From Candidatus Saccharimonadota bacterium (GTDB taxonomy: Bacteria > Patescibacteriota > Saccharimonadia > Saccharimonadales > CAIOMD01), in the NCBI GenBank assembly GCA_017992295.1, contig JAGOOV010000002.1, positions 1 through 62,568 on the forward strand: DNA of 62,568 bases, in the 5' to 3' direction. Both the position numbers and the translations under genes were made by a program. Below, piece by piece: positions 30,626 through 40,747 of the stretch. The notes under the pieces were generated by a model. The model did no database searches. It was not told the DNA's origin and was given only the letters and a program-made list of their open reading frames with translations. Position 1 is the first letter of the stretch, and each line of letters starts with the position of its first letter.

Positions 30626-32125
30626 TTACTCTATGGAATATAAAAAGTCTTGGGCTCTGTAGTTAATAATCCGCCTATGTTCAGGGGTGATTTTGACCAA
30701 GTTCTTCACTGCGAAGGCGGTAGTTTTATTATTGGCCAGCATTGCTCTGTGCCTATCGACGAATCTGTAAAACAGACCATCCCATATGTCGCACCATAAA
30801 TCTTTGGTGTAGTTACTGGTAGAGAGTACATAGTTGCTATCGGCAATGGGAGATTGATTGTTCATACCGCTCATATCGTCAAAATTGTACAAAGAAAATA
30901 CATTAGGCTGAACGGCCCAATCATAGGCGTCAAGCAACATACTCATAAACCATTTGTAGCATTCTATTGGATGAATGTCGGTTAGCATCATTAAATTATT
31001 GATGATAGACGTTCGCTCGTTTGGCATCAAATAGGCATTAGTAACAGCTTTTCTGATGGTGTTGTCCAGCGGTTCTAAGCCGGTTGTCGCTTCGAGCCAT
31101 TTAGGATTAATATATCCGACTCGCGACGGGCTCTTAGGAACATTAACCAAATTAGACACATAAAGACCGCGAACATATTCCCGCCAGCCAATAACACGCC
31201 TGATAAATCCTTCAAAATTCGCAATATCTACCGAATTTTTAACACTAAAGCTAACTACTTCATCCACCACTTGTTGAGGAGTCAATAACCCGCTGTTCAA
31301 AGCCACCGACAAGCCGCTATGATTTAACAACACCGAATCGTCCTTAATTGCATAGGCGTACTTGGCAAAATTCGGCAGTCGATTCTTAATAAAGTCATGC
31401 AACCATTTCTCGGCTTCAAAATGATCCGTCGGCCAGACAAATTCATCAACCGAGCCAGGGCTATCTGCAAAATGTCGATTCACCCACTCTCCGGCGTGTG
31501 CTATATATTGATTGTCGCCAAACGATTCAAAACCAACCACTTCATCAAAATCGGTCGCCAATTCGTTTTTGCCCAATTCAAACATCCACTGACCGCCCAG
31601 TGGTTTATAATCGTCGCCTATCAGTACGTTAAACCGTTCTCTTTGCCATTGATAAAAATCGCTAAATCGACGTTTTGTTTGACACCCAAAAAACTCTTTG
31701 ACCTCCACATTTTTCAATAAAAATGACGGCGTAGGTAAAATTTTTAAGGTAAACGGGTTGTCCAAATCTTTGTCGATTGTGTGTTTTAGTTTTGATTCTA
31801 ATAGTTTGTCGTTTAAGTCAAACAGCATCACTTGTTCGAAACCGGCTTTTTGAGCTCTCAACAAAATATCGCCCGGTTGTTCAATTTGGTCGAGTTCAAC
31901 ATATTCAACCTCTAAATCTTTTTGCCAAAGAAGCTCTTCTACATAGCGGCGCATACTAACGCGATGAAATAGCAACTTCTTCTTATTCAATTTGAGCCGT
32001 CTCTCCGGATGAAGGCCAAAAAATAAAGGCTCTTCAACTACGTAAATTAAATCGGTTGCAGGCAATAACTCAATGGCAAAAAGCTGATTAGGGTACAATA
32101 CCAAAGCCGTTTTTATGTTGCTCAT
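30626..32125 (-). CDS. Cryptochrome/photolyase-family protein (COG3046-type photolyase-related)
   Basis: About 500 aa with the motif IGWREYVRGLY and a C-terminal FAD-binding-like region. I prefer ATG 32125 (MSNIKTALVLYPNQLF) to the track's TTG at 32173. Confidence 0.75.
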   Translation of the reverse strand: MSNIKTALVLYPNQLFAIELLPATDLIYVVEEPLFFGLHPERRLKLNKKKLLFHRVSMRRYVEELLWQKDLEVEYVELDQIEQPGDILLRAQKAGFEQVMLFDLNDKLLESKLKHTIDKDLDNPFTLKILPTPSFLLKNVEVKEFFGCQTKRRFSDFYQWQRERFNVLIGDDYKPLGGQWMFELGKNELATDFDEVVGFESFGDNQYIAHAGEWVNRHFADSPGSVDEFVWPTDHFEAEKWLHDFIKNRLPNFAKYAYAIKDDSVLLNHSGLSVALNSGLLTPQQVVDEVVSFSVKNSVDIANFEGFIRRVIGWREYVRGLYVSNLVNVPKSPSRVGYINPKWLEATTGLEPLDNTIRKAVTNAYLMPNERTSIINNLMMLTDIHPIECYKWFMSMLLDAYDWAVQPNVFSLYNFDDMSGMNNQSPIADSNYVLSTSNYTKDLWCDIWDGLFYRFVDRHRAMLANNKTTAFAVKNLVKITPEHRRIINYRAQDFLYSIE

Positions 32126-32231
32126 TTGCTTACAATTATAAGTGATTATGGTTATTTTGTCTCTAATACTCAATCATATGGTTTAATCAAAAACAACCTC
32201 ATAACTCTCATAATTTGTCTAACTATCTTGT

Positions 32232-33908
32232 TTATATGTGCTTTGGTGTGGGTATTTTTAATAACTTAAGGCCATTTTTTAAAACGCAAGCGTAAGCTCC
32301 TACCAGGGCTAGTCTCTGAGATTCCTTATTACTGCCTATAACTCGGTTCCTCTCATAAAAACTGTTAAAAGCTTGCGCCAGTTCGTATAAGTAAGCGCAG
32401 ATCAGATGAGGCATCAGCCCCTCCGTCGCTTTGTCGATTACTTCCGTAAATTGCGAAATTTTTAATGCCAAACTCTTTTCCCTATCGTCAAAAGACCAAT
32501 CACCTACTACGTCCGTCGTCTTTTTATCTAAAATACTGCACGCTCTGGCGTAAGAATACTGCAAGTAGGGGCCACTATTCCCTTCAAGGCTAAGCGATTC
32601 ATTGACGTTATAAACTATGTTGCCGCCGATTTTATTTTTCAAAAAAGCGTATTTTATGGCCGCCAAAGCTGTTGATTTTGTAGGCGAATCCGGGTTATTG
32701 GCCATCTTTTTGGCCGATGATTCTACCGAATCTAATAAATCTAGCGCCGCTATCACATCACCGGTACGACTACTCATTTTGCCCTGACTCAAAACCACCA
32801 TACCATGCGGAATGTGCGTCGTATTATTAGCCTCTTTTGGCGAAAATTGTTCTAGAGCTTTTAGCATTACCTTAAAATATTCTGTCTGTTCATTACCGGT
32901 AATAATTATCGATTTATCGTAAGCATAATCGCGCCATTTAAGAGCCGCATTTCCCAAATCTTTGGCATCGTAGGTTGGTAAGCCTTGAGAATTGATAAAC
33001 ACTCTAGTGTGGAGCCCAAACTTTTCTCCTCTAAACACTACTGCTCCGTCGCTTTCTTCAAAAACTCCATCGGCGATGTGTTCTTTTACCAGCTTTAAGC
33101 CTTCCTTAGCCACCATACCTTCCAAATAATTCTTTTCGAACGGAGTGAAATCAAACAATTTATAGGTTTCCTCAAAATATTGCATACTCCACGACACTCC
33201 AACGCGGTGAATCTGGCTTATAACATCATCGCTGTTTTCGTATATTTTTTTGTTTATCTCGTTAATTTCGGCCTTGGCTTTATCGGATTCGTCGTAGGCC
33301 AAAGCCCCGTATGAATACGTTTCGCCTAAAAATTTGGGCCTTTCCGATTCAGTTATATCTGCCAGTTTTTTCAGGTCACCATCAATTTTTTTGAGTATTC
33401 CATAAATAGCCTTGGCCACATGCAGTCCAACGTCCCCTTGGTAAGTTACCCGGTGCACTTTTGCACCAGAGGCCTCAAACAGCAGTGCAATACAATCACC
33501 AACAGTCCCGGAATAGGCATGGCCAATGTGTATTTCTTTAAACGGATTGGGGTCTAAGTACTCAACCAAAACAACTTTGTTGGCCAGTTTGTTATTTCTA
33601 CCGTAATCGTCTTTTTTCTCCAGCACCTCTTTAATAGCGCTATGCAAGAGCGCTTCTTTTAAACGCACGTTAACAAAGCCGGGTTTGACAATTTCTATTT
33701 CTTCAAACAAACCGGTTTGCATATTTTCTATATTGCTTTTAATCGCTTGAGCGATTTGCAGAGGATCTTGGGCTTGTTTGCGACCAATCACCAGCGCAGC
33801 ATTTGTAGAAAAATCACCAAATTTTACGTCCGGCCTGGAAATATCAAAATTAACCTCGGCGTCTATTTTTTTAACACTTTCACTAATTACTTTTTGAACG
33901 TTTTTCAT
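32232..33908 (-). CDS. argS: Arginine--tRNA ligase
   Basis: HIGH motif (IHIGHAYSG), an ArgRS N-domain and a DALR anticodon-binding end; 558 aa. Confidence 0.95.
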   Translation of the reverse strand: MKNVQKVISESVKKIDAEVNFDISRPDVKFGDFSTNAALVIGRKQAQDPLQIAQAIKSNIENMQTGLFEEIEIVKPGFVNVRLKEALLHSAIKEVLEKKDDYGRNNKLANKVVLVEYLDPNPFKEIHIGHAYSGTVGDCIALLFEASGAKVHRVTYQGDVGLHVAKAIYGILKKIDGDLKKLADITESERPKFLGETYSYGALAYDESDKAKAEINEINKKIYENSDDVISQIHRVGVSWSMQYFEETYKLFDFTPFEKNYLEGMVAKEGLKLVKEHIADGVFEESDGAVVFRGEKFGLHTRVFINSQGLPTYDAKDLGNAALKWRDYAYDKSIIITGNEQTEYFKVMLKALEQFSPKEANNTTHIPHGMVVLSQGKMSSRTGDVIAALDLLDSVESSAKKMANNPDSPTKSTALAAIKYAFLKNKIGGNIVYNVNESLSLEGNSGPYLQYSYARACSILDKKTTDVVGDWSFDDREKSLALKISQFTEVIDKATEGLMPHLICAYLYELAQAFNSFYERNRVIGSNKESQRLALVGAYACVLKNGLKLLKIPTPKHI

Positions 33909-33911
33909 CTT

Positions 33912-34610
33912 TTATTTTACTTTTTTAGCACCCCGTTTACTGGATTTTTTCTCGACGCAAACAATAGCTCTCCAAACAACAAAATAAACTACCAAAAGCA
34001 ACGCAAAAAATAACAAAGTGGCGCTAAAAGTAAAAGTATAATCTTGCGGGTTAGAAATCCTGGTAGTCACATCAAACATTAGCCCAAAAGGATTAATAAT
34101 TATATCCCAGCTATTCCAACGCAAATATCTACCCAAATAAATAGCAAAGCCACATAACAACAAAACGACCACAACCAACCAGTGTGCCCAATAGCCAAAA
34201 CGTTGTAAAACCCTTTTATGTACCAAAAACAGCGAGTTAAACCCTAAAACAAATCCGGCCAAAGAGTACGTAGCAATTAAGACGACATCAAATATCATGC
34301 TGATTTCTGTTGTTTGATGTATATGAATAAAATCTGTCACCAAATAAAAAGCATTCGGCAAAAATACCAGCCATAAAATGCATAAACCCAAATTCACCCA
34401 CGACCAATTAAGGCCTTTCGGGGTGTTTTTATATAATGCCCAGGCAAAAAGCAAAGGCAAAGTGGCTAGTAGTAAATTCCAGGCTAAAAACCAGTAACGA
34501 TACGAACCGGTGCTAAATATCCTATATAAGCTTAGACTCAAAGCAAACAAACATAAAACCAGCAAGGCAAACCAATAACTCCGAATTAGCCTACCCAATT
34601 TATTTATCAT
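33912..34610 (-). CDS. DUF1361 family membrane protein
   Basis: Multi-pass membrane protein with the motif LPNAFYLVTDFIHI. Confidence 0.7.
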   Translation of the reverse strand: MINKLGRLIRSYWFALLVLCLFALSLSLYRIFSTGSYRYWFLAWNLLLATLPLLFAWALYKNTPKGLNWSWVNLGLCILWLVFLPNAFYLVTDFIHIHQTTEISMIFDVVLIATYSLAGFVLGFNSLFLVHKRVLQRFGYWAHWLVVVVLLLCGFAIYLGRYLRWNSWDIIINPFGLMFDVTTRISNPQDYTFTFSATLLFFALLLVVYFVVWRAIVCVEKKSSKRGAKKVK

Positions 34611-34662
34611 AACTAAATTATACAGCTATAAGTAGTTTCAAGGCTGGTGTTAGTCTATTAGG

Positions 34663-35334
34663 CTAGTCATATTTGTGTAAATAGTTTGGGCTGGTTATTA
34701 AGTGACTTATTCTAAATTGGTACTCTTTTATGGCCGACAGTATCGCCGCTTGATCCAAGCCTAAACTGTTAAAAACCACAAACGGCTCCATAATGTCAAA
34801 ACCGCAAAAGGCCAGTGTGCCATGATGTATCGGATGCAAAATTTGCTCAATTGTAGCCTTATGCTTCCCGTCCGGTCGATAAAAATCTTTAGGCCCGCCG
34901 GCGACGGCACAAATAAAAGCGCTTTTGCCTCTAAGCAGACCTTTCTCGTAAATTCGCCCGCCATCCCACGCCACTCCCATAGCCAACACTCTGTCGAACC
35001 AACCCTTTAATACCGCTGGTACGCTAAGCCACCAGATGGGGGTATGAAATATCACCAGTTCAGCTTGGTTGAGCTTTTCTATTTCGGCTTTTATGTCCGG
35101 GGCAAAAGCAAAATCCTGGCTTACAGCGTGACGTTGTTCCAACATGTAGTTAAAATGGCGCCCACTAAGCGAACTAAAGTCATACTTCTCAGCCTTAGGG
35201 CTAAAACCGCTAGCGTACAAATCCGTTTCCATAATGTTGTGCCCCTGCCCGGATAAAATACTCAAAGCCGTATTCTTTAAAGAACCGGTTAGCGAACCCG
35301 GTTCGTGATGAGCATAAACCAGCAATATGTTCAT
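34663..35334 (-). CDS. Flavodoxin-like fold NAD(P)H:quinone oxidoreductase (NQO1/KefF-like)
   Basis: Begins MNILLVYAHHEPGSLTGSL and contains FHTPIWWLSVPAVLKGWFDRV. Confidence 0.85.
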   Translation of the reverse strand: MNILLVYAHHEPGSLTGSLKNTALSILSGQGHNIMETDLYASGFSPKAEKYDFSSLSGRHFNYMLEQRHAVSQDFAFAPDIKAEIEKLNQAELVIFHTPIWWLSVPAVLKGWFDRVLAMGVAWDGGRIYEKGLLRGKSAFICAVAGGPKDFYRPDGKHKATIEQILHPIHHGTLAFCGFDIMEPFVVFNSLGLDQAAILSAIKEYQFRISHLITSPNYLHKYD

Positions 35335-35401
35335 AAGGCTATTCTATATCAAAATTTTTTGTTGTCGTAATCCTTATGCTTTTTTATGTTACATTTATTG
35401 C

Positions 35402-36136
35402 ATGGACTCCGAACAAAAAGAGCAACCAAATCAAGAAGTTATCGCCGACGAGTATATGACTCCGGCCCGCCAAGAAGATTTACAGCAAAAGCTGGAAGCC
35501 GAAAAGGCATACGTTGACAGATGGGCGCAACCCTCAATTACCCCACCATCTACCGATTACCAATCCGCAAGTAGCGCTTACCAGCCCGATTCAGCGCCAA
35601 CTCAACAATATGCCGTGCCAATATCCAAAAGACCATTATTTGGGTTCAAACAAAACACCTCGTCAGAACAGCCTACGGCCTCCACAAACTACAACGCGTA
35701 TTCGGCCACACCCGAACCAACTTCCGGTTCTTTTGAAACAGACACTTCATATAGCGACACTTACGACGATTACTCTACGCCCAACGAGGTAGCCCACGAA
35801 TACGCTGTTTTAAGTTTAGTGTTTGCAGTTGTATCACCACTGGCTGGCATTATTTTGGCCACTTTGGCGATTAAAAAATCTAAAAAAGTTTACCAAAATA
35901 ACAAATTGGCTAAAACATCTCTGTTAGTAAACATTTTAGCGTTGGTTGTAGCTATTGGCGTGTTAATCTTTTTGCTAACACCCACCGAAGAAGCACCCCT
36001 TATTAACGGCGATTCAGCACCAGAAACAACCACCGTTGAGTCGAAGACTAAAGTTAAAGACGATGCCGAACCGGATATTCCGGATATTAACGAATCTACC
36101 CAAAACCCCGAATCTTCCCCTGATACTATCGAGTAA
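35402..36136 (+). CDS. Hypothetical membrane protein, Gln/Pro/Ser-rich N-terminus with DUF4190-like TM hairpin
   Basis: ATG 35402 (MDSEQKEQ). Two TM helices (LSLVFAVVSPLAGIILATLAI and LLVNILALVVAIGVLIFLL). Confidence 0.6.
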   Translation: MDSEQKEQPNQEVIADEYMTPARQEDLQQKLEAEKAYVDRWAQPSITPPSTDYQSASSAYQPDSAPTQQYAVPISKRPLFGFKQNTSSEQPTASTNYNAYSATPEPTSGSFETDTSYSDTYDDYSTPNEVAHEYAVLSLVFAVVSPLAGIILATLAIKKSKKVYQNNKLAKTSLLVNILALVVAIGVLIFLLTPTEEAPLINGDSAPETTTVESKTKVKDDAEPDIPDINESTQNPESSPDTIE

Positions 36137-36184
36137 AAAGTTTGACTTAATTTTTGCAGACGACGGGGTTATTGTTCAATAGTA

Positions 36185-36213
36185 TTGATTATTTATTAAA
36201 TATATGATACAAT
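36185..36213 (+). promoter_or_regulatory. Sigma-70-like promoter with extended -10
   Basis: TTGATT-N17-TACAAT, preceded by TGA (TGnTACAAT), about 70 nt upstream of ATG 36282. Confidence 0.4.
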
Positions 36214-36281
36214 ATAATTGTATAGTGTTTTACTTGGTATGGAGTTAATAAAATTCGTCACCAAAAGAAGTGCAGTTATTT

Positions 36282-36857
36282 ATGGAAAAATATCAATCTT
36301 CACCGGCAGAAACAAGTAAAAAATGGTTACGCAGAGCAAAAGAGCTGGGTGCACCGGTATTAGCCCTTGTCATGCTGGCAGTTGAATGCGGATCAAGTAA
36401 AATAGCAGAATCGCAGGCCGAACGCCCCTTTCCTGGAATTGCCGAGCATTCGAGTATCACCCTAAGTCCTGACGATGCCAAACAATTGCGCCAAACAATT
36501 GAAGCAAAGAAAGAGCTTGAGAGTTTTTTAGATAAGGATATTTCCCAGACAGACAAAGATAAAAACGGTGCAAAATATTCAGATCCCTTAGGCGATATAA
36601 CTTACGGGTCCGGCAGCAGGCAAAAAATTGCAAATATCCTTGGGCTCGATTGGGGCGACCAAGAACAAGTTACCAGAATTAACGCTCGCGACTATGTCGA
36701 AGAAACTGTAAGGCAAAGAGCTCTGTGGTTAATAGGCGTCGGCGATTACGAAGGTGCAACATTTATAGTTCGTAAGTACATAGACTCTATGGGTAAAATC
36801 ACTCAAGAAAACGTATTCAAAGAGCTTACCGACGAGGCCGAAGCCCTCGATTTATAA
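36282..36857 (+). CDS. Hypothetical secreted/lipoprotein-like protein
   Basis: Begins MEKYQSS. A hydrophobic segment APVLALVMLAVECGSS could be a lipobox-like signal. No recognisable family motif. Confidence 0.55.
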   Translation: MEKYQSSPAETSKKWLRRAKELGAPVLALVMLAVECGSSKIAESQAERPFPGIAEHSSITLSPDDAKQLRQTIEAKKELESFLDKDISQTDKDKNGAKYSDPLGDITYGSGSRQKIANILGLDWGDQEQVTRINARDYVEETVRQRALWLIGVGDYEGATFIVRKYIDSMGKITQENVFKELTDEAEALDL

Positions 36858-37012
36858 CGCCAAGTTAGTCGTTTGTTTGTGTTATCTGTTTCCTCTAGCG
36901 CGGTTATAAGTTGTACATAGCATTTGGCAGTTTCCAATTTCGCTTTTACCACCCCTGCCTTCCGTCGTTGTCGATTTTCATGTAAACGAAGTTAGTGCAC
37001 CAACCAAAATTG

Positions 37013-38902
37013 CTAAACTATCAATTCGACAAATTTAACTATTAGCCAAGAAATAACCAAAAAAGTTATTGAAAAAACCGGGACAAATACAATTTTTAAC
37101 TTGTCTTTTGGCTGGAAAGTCCAAGATGAATAACCGGCTTGTTTAAGCTGCTTAAATAAATTTTTATCTTCCGGCTTAATCCTTTTAATTAAAAATCCCG
37201 TAATCAAAGCGGCAGTTGGTAGAATGTAAAATATCAAGTTGGGAACAAAATAGTCATCAAAATGATAATACCCATATCTCATCGAAGTGTCCAAACTATC
37301 AAGCAATGATGGTAAAGAAAATAAACCAAAAACAAAGAATGGTGTGGCCACGAAAAATAAAATTGTGGCAACTCTCCTTTCCCAGCAATATTCTTTCTGT
37401 ATTGTTTTAGCCAGTATCGGTGCAACGTTCTTAGTTGTATTTTTCGTTTTAATCAAGACTGTTGTTATTAATAGCCCTAAAATTGTTAGCAGGTTAGATA
37501 AACCAATTAAGCCAAGTTTTACTGGGTTTTTTCTTAAGTCCTTAAAAATTATTGAGCCTACTAAAAGTCCGGTAAGTACTGAGCTTAAAATAAATAGGAA
37601 TACGGTGATTACTATGGGGTATTTGGCGATAAAAGTTGAATAGTAAGTTTTTACAGGTGCTCGCGCTTTTAGCCACAAATCGTCGGTGAAAAACTTTGAT
37701 GGCGCATTGATTTCTATTTTGGTGTATTTGATATTTTCACCTCGTCCACTATAAAAGCCTTTAAAGTCACTGCCAAAACTAGCATTTTCATCAACATAAT
37801 ATTCGGTTTTTGTGTAGCTTTTTATTCCTTGAAAAACTTTTGGTGTAACATGGCCTATTACCCTTATAGTTACCGGAATTGTTTTGCTACCATAGACGCT
37901 TGTTGGGAGCAGCGGAAAATATATCTCTTTTGTGGGAAAGGTTACGAATATTCCTTTTTGGTTGGCTGATTTTTCATAAATATCATAATCTTCGGCGATT
38001 ATTGATGGATCATTTTGAATAGCTTGCGCTAATTCCTCCATAACAATTGCGCCTTGCTGGGATCTTAAATAACCGACTGGGTCGTAAGCGTAAGCCTGGT
38101 TAAATTCAGGATATTTTTGTTTTAAGTCGCCAATTAAATTTAAAAATTTCGGGTAATCATATTTATAAAAAAAATAATAATCTAGCTTGCTTTTTATTTC
38201 ATCGGCCGAATTTAACTTTTCGGGTGAGCTTATCCATGAAGCAATAAAAGAAAAATTTTTGCCGATGTAATTATCAAAAACCGGAATTGAACCAACTTCA
38301 ATTTTTAGCCCTTTGCCTTTCAAATAATCATATAGTCCATTTGCTGTTTTAGCAGTAATGATTTCCGAAGTGATGCCTTCTTTTTCTAAATGTTCATAAA
38401 CTACAACATCTTGTTCAACGCCATCCGCCAGGCTATTCGTTATGCCCATGCCCTTGTAGCGGCCTACAGTTTCTTCTGTACTTAGCGGGTTAAAATACGG
38501 CATTATAGGTATCGTGTAGAGTTGTGTCATTTGTAAAAATTTTTTTGCATTATCAAGATTCAATTTTGCTTTTTTCGAAATATCCTCACCTTTTAGTACG
38601 GGCATACTCTCAGCAACATCAATAGCGACTTTGTTTGGCTCCGCAGGAACGGGGAAAAGCCAAACAGCGCCATTGCTATTTTCTTTATCAATACCGACGC
38701 TGATAATCATTTTCTGCAAACCGTTACTGTAGTTGATAAACGCTTGTTGATTATCTTCGTCCGAGTAATCCCAACGGCCAGAATAAGGGTCGGGTTCTAT
38801 TATGGCTCCATCAGCCAAAACCGATTTAGGTAAAAAAGAAAATATCGCTAGAAGAAAAATAATAGTTAGCGATAAGTTAATAATATGTAGTAATTTTTTC
38901 AT
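37013..38902 (-). CDS. Large orphan membrane protein (signal peptide, ~400-aa extracytoplasmic domain, C-terminal multi-TM region)
   Basis: 629 aa. Begins MKKLLHIINLSLTIIFLLAIFSFLPKSVLA, contains the motif AVWLFPVPAEP, and has at least 5 C-terminal TM helices. AT-rich codon usage. Confidence 0.6.
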   Translation of the reverse strand: MKKLLHIINLSLTIIFLLAIFSFLPKSVLADGAIIEPDPYSGRWDYSDEDNQQAFINYSNGLQKMIISVGIDKENSNGAVWLFPVPAEPNKVAIDVAESMPVLKGEDISKKAKLNLDNAKKFLQMTQLYTIPIMPYFNPLSTEETVGRYKGMGITNSLADGVEQDVVVYEHLEKEGITSEIITAKTANGLYDYLKGKGLKIEVGSIPVFDNYIGKNFSFIASWISSPEKLNSADEIKSKLDYYFFYKYDYPKFLNLIGDLKQKYPEFNQAYAYDPVGYLRSQQGAIVMEELAQAIQNDPSIIAEDYDIYEKSANQKGIFVTFPTKEIYFPLLPTSVYGSKTIPVTIRVIGHVTPKVFQGIKSYTKTEYYVDENASFGSDFKGFYSGRGENIKYTKIEINAPSKFFTDDLWLKARAPVKTYYSTFIAKYPIVITVFLFILSSVLTGLLVGSIIFKDLRKNPVKLGLIGLSNLLTILGLLITTVLIKTKNTTKNVAPILAKTIQKEYCWERRVATILFFVATPFFVFGLFSLPSLLDSLDTSMRYGYYHFDDYFVPNLIFYILPTAALITGFLIKRIKPEDKNLFKQLKQAGYSSWTFQPKDKLKIVFVPVFSITFLVISWLIVKFVELIV

Positions 38903-39165
38903 GACTTAATCTTTAAATAATTTTGTTAAACATTCAATACTAACCTTAAGAGTTTTTGTTATTTTTCGGATAGTATAAAGTGTTAACCGGTGGTTAATGC
39001 CAACTTCAATTTTGGCAATAGCACAAAAAGCAATGTCAGATTTTTTATTTCTGATTCTGTATATTGAAAAATATTAAGTATATTTTGGTAATTTCGGTAC
39101 TGCTCTATCTTCAATTGTAAATATTTCTTTTGTCGCTCTCGTATAGTTTTGCTATATAAAAATTA

Positions 39166-39186
39166 TAAAAACGGCCGACGAAGCCG
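39166..39186 (-). terminator. Weak intrinsic terminator candidate after the endonuclease gene
   Basis: The minus-strand RNA forms CGGCU-UCGUC-GGCCG followed by UUUUU. Confidence 0.3.
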
Positions 39187-39225
39187 AAGCCTTTGAGTTT
39201 TGAGATTTTAGTAATCATGAAAAAT

Positions 39226-40743
39226 CTAAGCAGTTACCTCATTTAAAGTGGTTTTCATCTCAAGGCTATCAACAAATTTATCAATATCCGAGATTCTAAC
39301 TTCCAAACCATCTTTTTTGATAAAATCAAAATAGCGCTCAGTATCAATAAAAGATTTTGGCGAAATAAACACCGAGTAGGATTTCGTGCCTCTTTTTACA
39401 TATTCTTCAAGGTGACGATGTATAGAGAATGATTCTCTAATATGTTGTTGCGTTCCCGTTAGCAAGGTTACTTCGACTAAAACCGTGTCTTTATTTTCTA
39501 AACATTCAATATCGGGGCTTCCGCCAGAAGCGAAGCTCGTCGGCAGTCCTTCGTCATCTGAAATAAAATTTGGTTTCACGATAACACTCGGTAATTTTTT
39601 AAGGATTGCGAGGGAAGTCAAAAATTCCAATCGCAGTGGTTGTTCAATAACTTTCAAAATATCATCACTTGAAGATTTTTTCTGTGCCAAATTCAGCAGT
39701 TCGTTTTTAATAGATTCCCAAGCGTAATGATTAACCCATTTTTCCAATTCAGCTTTTGTGGTTTTTTCAGGAGCTTTAAATACCGTAAGTGTTGAAATTA
39801 AATCGTGGTCAACTTGTCCGATGTATTCAAAAAATTCTTTTTCCGTTTCAAATTCTTTGTAAGAAATGTAATTTTTTAGAATGTAATCTACGGTTACAGA
39901 TTCTTTTGTATTTATATCTATAAATCGACCGCCGCCGCGCAAAGAAAACAGTCCGGTTAGACGCATTTTTCTTATAAAATCGTCAGGATAATCACCGAGG
40001 ATTGAATTATTATCTCTCTTTGTTTCGTTTAACAATTTATAGCAAAGATCCAAAACTACCTCGTTACTGGGCGTGTAGCCGTGATTTTTGCGTAGTTTCT
40101 TTATCTTTTTATATAAATCTTCGGCATTGTCATCCTGCCAGCATAGCAATAATGGTATTTCTGCTCTGGATATACCAGCTCCTTTGTACGCAGGGTCATC
40201 GTTCAAAAATTTTATGGTTTGTATAAGCAAAATAAGCGGGACATTTTTATTTAAAACACGGCGAAACGGATTTTGGCGTTGATATTTTGCAAAAGCATTG
40301 GCAAAAACCATTAGCTCATTTTCTGGTTTTCCTTTATCCAGTAACATTTTTCCGCTTTCGGAAAATTTTATTTCTTCATCTTGCCAATACCAAACAAAGC
40401 CAAGTTCTTTGGCGATTTTAAACCAAGTATCAAATCTTGAAGGCCATCCCTTTTCAAATCCTGCTTCTTTGTGGCTTTGTGGGTTATCAGAAAATACTTT
40501 TTCGGTTTCAGATTCGCTCAATTCAATTTCATTCTTCCATTTATCCTTTAAAACCGAAGACACTTTCATTGGCTGATATAATCCTTTTTGAATTAAGGAT
40601 TTGGCAACCTTATCTATAATTTCATTTGTTAAAATTTCGCCGTCATATTCCGCAAGTACAGCCAAAAAATCCTTCAATCGTTCAGGATTTCTCATTGTAG
40701 TTGTAAACAGTAATGGCTTGTATTCAGATTGTCGTTTATTCAT
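39226..40743 (-). CDS. AlwI-family type II/IIS restriction endonuclease
   Basis: The N-terminal LFTTTMRNPERLKDFLAVL signature is one I recall as characteristic of AlwI/PleI/MlyI/N.BstNBI-family enzymes. The C-terminal PD...E.(K/T)-like core reads GGSPDIECLENKDTVLVEVTLL. It sits directly downstream of two methyltransferases. Confidence 0.7.
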   Translation of the reverse strand: MNKRQSEYKPLLFTTTMRNPERLKDFLAVLAEYDGEILTNEIIDKVAKSLIQKGLYQPMKVSSVLKDKWKNEIELSESETEKVFSDNPQSHKEAGFEKGWPSRFDTWFKIAKELGFVWYWQDEEIKFSESGKMLLDKGKPENELMVFANAFAKYQRQNPFRRVLNKNVPLILLIQTIKFLNDDPAYKGAGISRAEIPLLLCWQDDNAEDLYKKIKKLRKNHGYTPSNEVVLDLCYKLLNETKRDNNSILGDYPDDFIRKMRLTGLFSLRGGGRFIDINTKESVTVDYILKNYISYKEFETEKEFFEYIGQVDHDLISTLTVFKAPEKTTKAELEKWVNHYAWESIKNELLNLAQKKSSSDDILKVIEQPLRLEFLTSLAILKKLPSVIVKPNFISDDEGLPTSFASGGSPDIECLENKDTVLVEVTLLTGTQQHIRESFSIHRHLEEYVKRGTKSYSVFISPKSFIDTERYFDFIKKDGLEVRISDIDKFVDSLEMKTTLNEVTA

Positions 40744-40747
40744 AAGT

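Noticed and set aside
36860-37012. A possible attachment-site repeat of the tRNA-Ser 3' end at the distal island border.
   Set aside because: Only a 6-7 nt, inverted-orientation match (CCTTCC/GGAAGG) is present, which is not significant.
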